Shown: piece after piece, positions 25,445 through 32,000 of the stretch
Position numbering within the stretch: the first letter of the stretch is position 1
Layout: every line of letters starts with the position of its first letter
From: Dickeya solani IPO 2222
Lineage (GTDB): Bacteria; Pseudomonadota; Gammaproteobacteria; Enterobacterales; Enterobacteriaceae
Length of the DNA stretch: 32,000 nt
Direction: 5' to 3'
Assembly: GCF_001644705.1 (NCBI RefSeq)
Contig: NZ_CP015137.1
Span: 4,140,001 to 4,172,000, forward strand
Notes under the pieces: model-generated
Database searches by the model: none
Told to the model about the DNA's origin: nothing
Seen by the model: the letters and a program-made list of their open reading frames with translations, nothing else
Program-made: the position numbers and the translations under genes

Positions 25445-25900
25445 CAAAACGTCCTTCCTCTCGTTGGTTATATATTCCGCTGTCTTACCGCACCTTACGG
25501 ATTTGCTGCGTCAGCCCCGGCATGCAGGCATGGGCCGATGGCCCGATATCGGTGTGATCACCCGCCGTACTGCCAGGGGGCGGTGGAGAAAACAGGGGGA
25601 GTCGTTGCCAAAACAGGACGGGTAGACCCGCTAATTATTATGGTGCATCCATTAGAAATGCCTATGGAACGCGCTGCTATGAATAACTGAATTGTGCAGG
25701 GGACACAACCGTTGATTACGTTCCGGGGACAATATTGCTAACAAGCGCTAACTTTTTGTACATTTTTCGCCGCTCTTTCGCATGTTTTGCGTAGCGATGC
25801 AAAAAAAATGCATATTATTTCAGGTTGGCTGGCAGGGTGAAAATCGCGGGAAACCGCAGGGATAAAACAGCAAAAGACGGTTCAATCGGTGGAAATGGGC

Positions 25901-25927
25901 GGAGAAACCCGGCGGCAGAGCCGCCGG
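25901..25927 (-). terminator. dps terminator
   Basis: CCGGCGGC (25909-25916) and GCCGCCGG (25920-25927). On the minus strand they are followed by GTTTCTCC. Confidence 0.6.
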
Positions 25928-25941
25928 TCATCATTGATGAA

Positions 25942-26445
25942 TTATTCGATGTTGGCTTCGATGAACCACAGGTACTGATCCAGATCGCGGGACGCGGCGG
26001 TGAGCATGTCCGCGGTATCTTCGTCCTGTGCCTGACTGATGGCTTTGCGAACGGCGTTCGCCACGACAGCGTAGCGATCCGCCAGGGCTTTCAGATGGTC
26101 CTGCACGCTATGGATATCAAGCGGGTAGCGCTTCAGCGCGGTTTTCTCATGGATGACCTGGGTAGTGCCGGTCGCCACGCCGCCCAACTGCACCACGCGC
26201 TCGGCGAAGGTATCCAGATGGGTAATCAGCGAGGTGCGGAAGGTATCCAGCATCTCGTGTACGGCGATGAAGTTCGCCCCGCGCATGTTCCAGTGTGCTT
26301 GTTTGGTGATCAGAGACAGATCGGTAAAGTCCACGACCAGTTGATTGAGCAGGGCGATAGTCGAGGCTTTAACGTTATCGTCCAGATCGTTACGGGTGAA
26401 AATAAGATCAGCGGAAGCTGCTTTTACCAGTTTGGCTGTACGCAT
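25942..26445 (-). CDS. dps: DNA protection during starvation protein Dps
   Basis: ATG 26445 ([11 protein letters not shown]...) lies after GAGAGGA and gives 167 aa colinear with E. coli Dps ([19 protein letters not shown]). The track start 26496 is an extension. Confidence 0.95.
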   Translation of the reverse strand: MRTAKLVKAASADLIFTRNDLDDNVKASTIALLNQLVVDFTDLSLITKQAHWNMRGANFIAVHEMLDTFRTSLITHLDTFAERVVQLGGVATGTTQVIHEKTALKRYPLDIHSVQDHLKALADRYAVVANAVRKAISQAQDEDTADMLTAASRDLDQYLWFIEANIE

Positions 26446-26504
26446 AGTATTATCCTCTCTATTCCTTTTGTTGCTGATAATGATGTTGGCTGTCAACGAA
26501 ACGA

Positions 26505-26511
26505 ATTATAG
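26505..26511 (-). promoter_or_regulatory. Candidate dps -10 element (CTATAAT, sigmaS/sigma70 type)
   Basis: The minus strand reads gctgCTATAATtcg about 60 nt upstream of the dps ATG. The C at -13 is typical of sigmaS promoters. No good -35 is present. Confidence 0.4.
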
Positions 26512-26793
26512 CAGCCGGCCTGAACGGAGGATGCTCAGTTCGATCTATTACAGGAATAGATTCAGACATCTAAGGGCGTCGCCTGGCTGGCATGCTATTT
26601 ATCATTCAAATCAACCAGCAAATGAATCGGAAAGAAGGGTCTGGATATTGATATAGATTACAAGATGTTGCCGTGAGCAATAACGGAAAAAATCAGCGAT
26701 ATTTTGCCTTTAGTGCTATTTTAATATTCAATTGTTTTCAGAATGTGTCTGCTGAAAATTAAGACAGCCGTCGTGATAGTCACACGAAAGGAT

Positions 26794-26821
26794 ATTTCCC
26801 GGCCAGGACTGGCCGGGAAAT
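26794..26821 (-). terminator. rhtA terminator
   Basis: 13-bp arms ATTTCCCGGCCAG and CTGGCCGGGAAAT, followed on the minus strand by ATCCTTTCGTG. Confidence 0.6.
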
Positions 26822-26858
26822 CTGCTATTTTAGGCGGAACGGTGATAACGCCGCTTAT

Positions 26859-27740
26859 TCAGGATGAGGCGGATGTGGTGTTCTTTTTTACGCTAAGCGT
26901 GGTGCCCAGCGACGCGAGAATAATAAACGCCAGCGCCAGCCACTGGGTGAGCGACAGATGTTCGCCCAGAAAAAGAATGCCGGACATTGCCGCCACAGCC
27001 GGTTCCAGGCTCATCAGGGTGCTAAACGTCCGCGCCGGTAACCGGGTCAACGCCAGCATTTCCAGCGTATACGGCAGCGCGGTGGACAGCACCGCCACCG
27101 CGATGCCGATCGGCAGAATACTGAGTGAAAACAGGCTGTTGATATCGGAAAACAGCAGGCCGATCGGGCAATACACCAGCGCAGCGATCAGCGACCCCAT
27201 CGCCACGGTACCGGTGCCGTGATTGGCGCCAGCCTTCTGACCGAACAGGATATAACCTGCCCAGCAGGCACCGGCGCCAACAGCAAAAGCGGCGCCGGTT
27301 AGATCCACGTTATCGATGTGCTGCCCGAGCGGCAACAGCAGCCACAGCCCGGCGGCGGCCAGCAATACCCACATGAAGTCCAGCAGACGGCGCGATGCCA
27401 GAATCGCTACCGCCAGCGGCCCGGTGAACTCCAGCGCCACCACAATCCCCAACGGTACGGTGCGCAGCGCCAGATAAAACAGATAATTCATGCCGCCCAA
27501 CGTGATGCCGTAGACCAGCAACGGCAACCGATCCGACCCGAAGCGCAGCCGCCAGGGCTTGAACACCACCAGCAGAATCAACGCACCTATCGCCAGACGC
27601 AACGCCGTCATGCCTGACGCGCCGATCAGCGGGAAGACTATCTTGGCCATTGCCGCACCGGTCTGAATGGAAAGCATAGCGATGATGATCAGTAATACCG
27701 GCAGGAATACGGAGTTTTTTAATGCGGAAATCAAGGTCAT
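26859..27740 (-). CDS. rhtA: Threonine/homoserine exporter RhtA (DMT/EamA family)
   Basis: Colinear with E. coli RhtA (FKPWRLRF, GGMNYLFYL, VPLGI.VALEFTGPLAVA, LPLGQ, STALPY.LEM.ALTRLP.RTF.TLMS.EPA). Confidence 0.92.
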   Translation of the reverse strand: MTLISALKNSVFLPVLLIIIAMLSIQTGAAMAKIVFPLIGASGMTALRLAIGALILLVVFKPWRLRFGSDRLPLLVYGITLGGMNYLFYLALRTVPLGIVVALEFTGPLAVAILASRRLLDFMWVLLAAAGLWLLLPLGQHIDNVDLTGAAFAVGAGACWAGYILFGQKAGANHGTGTVAMGSLIAALVYCPIGLLFSDINSLFSLSILPIGIAVAVLSTALPYTLEMLALTRLPARTFSTLMSLEPAVAAMSGILFLGEHLSLTQWLALAFIILASLGTTLSVKKNTTSASS

Positions 27741-28111
27741 TGCAGGGCCTTAACATTCAATGTGTAACCAGAAAAAAGCAGGCAATAAATGAACAAATTA
27801 TTCCAGGTTAGTTTACTCTTATTGACCTTAATTTACTCTCCATTTGAAAATCTTTTTTTTGATATAAATTCAGTTTGAAAATTAATCAAAAAATTAAGAA
27901 AACTCCTTATCGAAGCAGAGCGGCTCATTTATTTTTTGCATACGGTTTGAACTTTATTTTTCTTTTAAAATCAATGTTATGAATTGAAAATGAAATGAAT
28001 TGTTACATGTTTACCCCAATTGAAAAATAATAACCAGGCGGCATGTGCCCTAATTTTTTGTTATATTTGTCTCGCTTAAATCTTCTTTCGTAAGATAATT
28101 CGAGGCATATT

Positions 28112-28627
28112 ATGAAAAAAATCGCGTGTCTTTCCGCTTTGGCTTGTGTTCTGGCCGTAAGCGCAGGTACTGCAGTGGCTGGCGACAGCACTGTATCTCT
28201 TGGTTATGCTCAGGGCGATGCTCAGAGCGTGCAGAACAAACTGCCGGGTTTCAACCTGAAATACCGTTACGAATTCGATAACAGCCAGCTGGGCGTGGTG
28301 GGTTCTTTCACCTACCTGCAGGACAGCCAGACTGTTAACGGGACCTACGACAAAGCGCAGTACTACGGTTTCAGCGCCGGTCCGTCCTTCCGTTTCAACG
28401 ACTGGGCGAGCATCTACGGCCTGGTTGGCGTGAGCGCGGCTAAATTCACCGCCAACAACCCGAACGGTTCTTCCAACAATAGCACCAGCGATGCTGGCTT
28501 TGTCTACGGCGCGGGTCTGCAGTTCAACCCGGTTCAGAACGTAGCCTTTGATGTTGGTTACGAGCAGAGCCGTATCCGCAGCGTTGACGTAGGCAGCTGG
28601 AACGTGGGCGTAGGCTACCGTTTCTAA
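28112..28627 (+). CDS. ompX: Outer membrane protein X
   Basis: MKKIACLSALA... and a C-terminal ...YEQSRIRSVDVG.W..GVGYRF, colinear with E. coli OmpX. GAGG RBS. The long AT-rich 5' region matches the E. coli arrangement. Confidence 0.96.
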   Translation: MKKIACLSALACVLAVSAGTAVAGDSTVSLGYAQGDAQSVQNKLPGFNLKYRYEFDNSQLGVVGSFTYLQDSQTVNGTYDKAQYYGFSAGPSFRFNDWASIYGLVGVSAAKFTANNPNGSSNNSTSDAGFVYGAGLQFNPVQNVAFDVGYEQSRIRSVDVGSWNVGVGYRF

Positions 28628-28674
28628 TCGCGTCATGCGATTCACGCACTGCGTGAAAACGCTGTTCTGAAAAA

Positions 28675-28699
28675 TCCGCCCAGCAGGGCGGATTTTTTT
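28675..28699 (+). terminator. ompX rho-independent terminator (overlaps the 3' end of the convergent MarR gene)
   Basis: TCCGCCC, loop agca, GGGCGGA, then TTTTTTT. Confidence 0.85.
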
Positions 28700-29192
28700 A
28701 TGGCTGCGGCAAGCCCGCCAGCAGTTTTTTAAGCAGCAGGTTGAGTTGTTGCTGTTCGTCTTCATTCAATGACGCCAGTACCTGCCGCTCATTGTCAGTA
28801 TGTAGCGCTACCAGCGTATCCATCAGTTCCCGTCCTTGTTCCGTCAGCGTCACCAGCGTGCCACGCCGATCCTGCGGGTTGCTCTGGCGCGCCACCCACT
28901 GCGCCTGTTCCAGTCGATCGATGCGGTTGGTCATACCGCCTGACGACATCATCAGCGCCTCGTACAGCTGCGTGGGCGTCAGCGCATAGGGCGCGCCGCT
29001 GCGTCGCAATGTCGCCAGCACGTCAAATTCGCCGGGACGCAGACCGAAACGGGTAAACAGTGGGTTGAGATGGTCCCGTTCGAGCCGCTGGGCGGCTTCG
29101 AACAACCGGCCCAGCACCTGCATCGGGAACGGGTCAATATCTGGCCTTTCCCGTCGCCATTGTTCATAAGCGTTATCTGCGCGATCTGTCAT
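28698..29192 (-). CDS. MarR-family transcriptional regulator
   Basis: Winged-helix pattern (FDVLATLRRSGAPYALTPTQLYEALMMSSGGMTNRIDRLEQAQWVARQSNPQDRRGTLVTLTEQG). Confidence 0.88.
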   Translation of the reverse strand: MTDRADNAYEQWRRERPDIDPFPMQVLGRLFEAAQRLERDHLNPLFTRFGLRPGEFDVLATLRRSGAPYALTPTQLYEALMMSSGGMTNRIDRLEQAQWVARQSNPQDRRGTLVTLTEQGRELMDTLVALHTDNERQVLASLNEDEQQQLNLLLKKLLAGLPQP

Positions 29193-29203
29193 AAGTGTAA
29201 TTT

Positions 29204-29219
29204 ATCTTGACGTTAAGAT
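29204..29219. promoter_or_regulatory. Near-perfect 16-bp palindrome, candidate MarR operator in the divergent promoter region
   Basis: ATCTTGACGTTAAGAT (one mismatch) lies 12 bp upstream of the MarR ATG and about 70 bp upstream of the MFS ATG. Confidence 0.45.
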
Positions 29220-29289
29220 TCTTTTGATGAAGATATTCTACGGGCAATACATGTCGTCGTTCAAGCATCAGGGAGTCATAAGGAGCGTT

Positions 29290-30471
29290 ATGTCACACGC
29301 AATTCGTGCAGGATCACTGTTTTTTGTCATCATCACCGTCATGTTGCTGGGGCTGAATCTCCGGCCAGTGCTGGCGGGCGTCGGGCCGTTGCTGTCGCGG
29401 ATTCAGGCGGCGACCGGCATGGGGGATACGCAGGCCGGCCTGTTGACGACGTTGCCGGTGTTCGCCATGGGAATCTGCGCCCTGTATGGCGGCTGGCTAC
29501 AAGCCCGACTGGGAGAATACCGCGGCATCGGCATCGGCATTGTCGGGATTGCCGTCGCCTGCCTGCTGCGCTGTTGGCTGAACAGCACCGCCGGGTTGTT
29601 GCTGACCGCCGCGCTGGCCGGTATCGGCATTGCGCTGATTCAGGCGCTGATGCCGTCGTTTCTGCGGCGCAGTTTCAGTCGGCAAAGCAGCCGGCTTATG
29701 GGGTTGTACACCACCGCCATCATGGGCGGCGCAGCGCTGGCGGCGGCCAGTATCTCGCCGCTGGCGGACATCCTGGACTGGGACGGCGCGCTGGCGATAT
29801 GGGGTGGGCTGGCGACGCTGGCGACGCTAGCCTGGTTGATTACGGTGTCGCTGAGTCCGATGCCGGATACCGCGCCGCGCTCGGGAGCCGCGCCTGCGTC
29901 ATCGCAGAACCGTGCCTGGGCGCTGATGATCTTTTTCGGCATCGGCACCGCCGCCTATACCCTGGTGCTGGCCTGGTTGCCGCCGTATTACACCCAGCTT
30001 GGCTGGAGCCCCGCCCGCAGCGGGTTATTGCTGGGCGGGCTGACGCTGACCGAAGTGGTGGCCGGGCTGCTGGTGTCGTTGCTGATTAACCGGTTCCCGG
30101 ACCGGCGCTATCTGCTGCTGCCGGTGCTGTTATTGCTGCTGCTGGGTATGGCCGGCCTGATTCTGGCGCCGCAGACGCTGGTTCTGCCGATCATGATTGC
30201 GCTGGGGCTGGGTATTGGCGCGCTGTTTCCGCTGTCGCTGATTATCGCGCTGGATCAGGTGGACGACCCGCGTCAGGCGGGTGCGCTGATGGGGTTCGTG
30301 CAAGGGGGCGGTTATCTGATCGCCAGCCTGATGCCGCTGCTGGCGGGCGTTATCCGGCAGTACACCAGCGGTTTAGGGCAGGCCTGGCTGATCATGGCGG
30401 CAGGCGTGGTGGTGCTGATCCTGATGGCGCTGCGTTTCGCACCGCGCCATCAGGTGCCGGGGGCGGCCTAA
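29290..30471 (+). CDS. MFS transporter, cyanate-permease (CynX/NimT) family
   Basis: ATG 29290 lies after AGGAG. The LGLNLRPVLAGVGPLLSRIQAATGM...LLTTLPV pattern matches CynX-type N-termini. About 12 TM segments. Confidence 0.85.
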   Translation: MSHAIRAGSLFFVIITVMLLGLNLRPVLAGVGPLLSRIQAATGMGDTQAGLLTTLPVFAMGICALYGGWLQARLGEYRGIGIGIVGIAVACLLRCWLNSTAGLLLTAALAGIGIALIQALMPSFLRRSFSRQSSRLMGLYTTAIMGGAALAAASISPLADILDWDGALAIWGGLATLATLAWLITVSLSPMPDTAPRSGAAPASSQNRAWALMIFFGIGTAAYTLVLAWLPPYYTQLGWSPARSGLLLGGLTLTEVVAGLLVSLLINRFPDRRYLLLPVLLLLLLGMAGLILAPQTLVLPIMIALGLGIGALFPLSLIIALDQVDDPRQAGALMGFVQGGGYLIASLMPLLAGVIRQYTSGLGQAWLIMAAGVVVLILMALRFAPRHQVPGAA

Positions 30472-31382
30472 CGGCGTGATAACGCTAGCTGCGGCGTCAG
30501 GAACAGGTTGCGGAAGTATTCCCGAACCGCCTGCATCGCCGGGGTAAACTCGGCGTCATGATACCAGGCCAGCCCGACGCTCATCGGATGAACCCGGTCT
30601 TTCAGCGATCGGGTTTCGATACGCCGCCCTTCAAGCGACCAGGGGCGATACACCAGATCGGACAAGATCGCCACGCCCAGTCCGTTCGCCACCATGCTGC
30701 GCACCGCCTCTACGGAACTGGTGCGCAGCATCACTTTCGGGCGATGACCGCTCAATTCCCAATAGCGCATGGCGCTGTGATCCGCTTCATCCACCGTCAG
30801 CATGATAAAGGGCTCGTCGGCAACATCCGCCAGACTTACCTCCGGTTTGTCGCACAGCGGATGGCGGCTGGGCAACCATAGCCGCCGCTCCGAATTAAAC
30901 AGGGGCTCGGCGGTAATTTCCGGGTGGGTAATGTTGGCGGTCAGCACCAGCGATAAGTCCAGAGAACGATCCAGCAACCCGGTTTCGATATCCTGCCGCT
31001 CGCGTTCGTTGAGATGAATGGCGACGTGGGGAAAGCCGTATGACAGTCGCTGCAGATGAAACGGCAGAAAATACCCCATCACTGTATAGCTGGCGGCCAT
31101 GTTCAGCGAACCGGTGATACGGTTGTCGGTCAGCGGAATATGCATGGCGTCATCCACGCTACGCAGCACGGCGTAGGCGTGGTTAAGGAAGTAGCTGCCG
31201 TTTTCGGTCAGCGTCATGCCGTGCACTGAGCGCAGGAATAGCGGCTTTCCCAGCAGGTTTTCCAGTTCCTGAATCGCGGCGGTCACCGCCGACTGTGAAA
31301 TGTTGAGGTGAATCGCCGCCTGGGATATCTGGCCCGTCTCCGCGGTGGCGATGAAGTAACGGATCTGGCGCAATGTGACCAT
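30468..31382 (-). CDS. LysR-family transcriptional regulator
   Basis: MVTLRQIRYFIATAETGQISQAAIHLNISQSAVTAAIQELE (LTTR HTH) followed by a substrate-binding domain. Its 3' end overlaps the MFS stop by 4 bp. Confidence 0.9.
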   Translation of the reverse strand: MVTLRQIRYFIATAETGQISQAAIHLNISQSAVTAAIQELENLLGKPLFLRSVHGMTLTENGSYFLNHAYAVLRSVDDAMHIPLTDNRITGSLNMAASYTVMGYFLPFHLQRLSYGFPHVAIHLNERERQDIETGLLDRSLDLSLVLTANITHPEITAEPLFNSERRLWLPSRHPLCDKPEVSLADVADEPFIMLTVDEADHSAMRYWELSGHRPKVMLRTSSVEAVRSMVANGLGVAILSDLVYRPWSLEGRRIETRSLKDRVHPMSVGLAWYHDAEFTPAMQAVREYFRNLFLTPQLALSRR

Positions 31383-31411
31383 AGCATGCCCCTTGTCGGT
31401 GAGCGTTCTGT

Positions 31412-31437
31412 TTTTCAGATAGCGAGCCTTCTGAAAA
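31412..31437. promoter_or_regulatory. Inverted repeat TTTTCAGA-N10-TCTGAAAA (LTTR-box-like) in the lysR/pxpA divergent region
   Basis: Perfect 8-bp arms lie 30-55 bp upstream of the LysR ATG. Confidence 0.45.
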
Positions 31438-31509
31438 TACGTCTTTCCGAATAGAAAATTGTGGTTCTATATTATTTTTAAACAAAACCATCACAAATAA
31501 GAAATAATT

Positions 31510-32000
31510 ATGAAATATGAAATCGATCTGAATTCCGATATGGGAGAAAATTTTGGTCCCTGGAAAATAGGCGATGACGTTGACCAGGCGATTATGTCTT
31601 ATATAAGTTCTGCCAATATTGCCGCCGGATTTCACGCCGGCGATCCTACCACCATACGACAGACCATTGAATGGGCCAGCGAGTATGGCGTCGCGGTCGG
31701 CGCACATCCCGGATTTCGCGATCTGGTTGGTTTTGGCCGGCGGCATATTCACAGCCAGCCGCAGGAAGTGGTGAATGACATTTTGTATCAGCTCGGGGCG
31801 CTGCGGGAATTTACCCGGCTGTATCAATTACCGTTGCAGCACGTCAAACCGCACGGCGCGCTTTATATGCATCTGGCGCGCGATCAGCCGTCCGCGCAGC
31901 TGTTTGTGGAAACCCTGCATCGGCTGGACCCTGAGTTACGGCTGTTTTGCCTGCATGGGTCATGGGCCTGGCAGGAAGCCAAAAAGCTACAACATCCTGT
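31510..32000 (+). CDS. pxpA: 5-oxoprolinase subunit A (LamB/YcsF family), N-terminal part; 3' end off-window
   Basis: Not in the ORF track because no stop lies in the window. ATG 31510 gives [18 protein letters not shown]...AAGFHAGDP...[15 protein letters not shown]...VKPHGALY, the LamB/YcsF hallmark motifs. The frame is open to nt 32000. Confidence 0.85.
   Translation, partial: MKYEIDLNSDMGENFGPWKIGDDVDQAIMSYISSANIAAGFHAGDPTTIRQTIEWASEYGVAVGAHPGFRDLVGFGRRHIHSQPQEVVNDILYQLGALREFTRLYQLPLQHVKPHGALYMHLARDQPSAQLFVETLHRLDPELRLFCLHGSWAWQEAKKLQHP

Noticed and set aside
25445-25941. Expected sigma54 promoter and NtrC sites upstream of glnH, as for E. coli glnHp2
   Set aside because: I found only an NtrC-like half-site (minus strand TGCACCA, about 25650) and no GG-N10-GC element with correct spacing. 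I cannot support a call by eye, and a PWM scan is needed.
1-32000. Searched for CRISPR arrays, tRNA/rRNA genes, IS elements, integrases, toxin-antitoxin pairs and known defence-system signatures
   Set aside because: I saw none. There are no regularly spaced 25-40 bp repeats, no cloverleaf-capable conserved tRNA boxes, and no transposase- or integrase-like ORFs. dinG here is the housekeeping ortholog in conserved context, not a defence-island DinG.

Overview
Chromosomal segment of a GC-rich enterobacterium. Ortholog sequences and gene order suggest Pectobacteriaceae, Dickeya-like, but this is inference only. I can support 27 protein-coding genes, in this order:
- a DppA-like binding protein (3' part)
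- dusC
- a class IV (CYTH) adenylate cyclase on a visibly AT-rich islet
- queH, pbpG and a GST
- a DeoR regulator divergent from an AGXT2L-like class-III aminotransferase
- bglX
- the 35-codon yohO, which is missing from the ORF track
- dinG
- an exported beta-sandwich/YfaP-like/TPR protein wedged between dinG and ybiB
- ybiB
- an M3 zinc peptidase
- two tandem exported long PAP2-fold paralogs
- a 566-aa exported FN3 + ConA-like protein with an unassignable N-terminal domain
- glnQPH, dps, rhtA and ompX
- a MarR / CynX-type MFS pair
- a LysR / pxpA pair (pxpA runs off the window)

Several ORF-track starts are upstream over-extensions and are corrected here using RBS position and ortholog N-termini. 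I saw no rRNA, tRNA, CRISPR array, transposase, integrase or phage gene.

I do not see a clear-cut novel multi-gene system. The best candidates for follow-up are:
1. The variable ybiB-glnQ interval, which carries three exported proteins: the PAP2 pair with mosaic conservation and the three-module 566-aa protein.
2. The exported YfaP-like/TPR protein that splits the dinG-ybiB pair.
3. The low-GC cyaB islet with a 750-bp unexplained upstream spacer.
4. A recurring pattern of short perfect tandem duplications sitting exactly on gene boundaries and in leaders.

All homology statements come from my memory of reference proteins and motifs. No searches were run.
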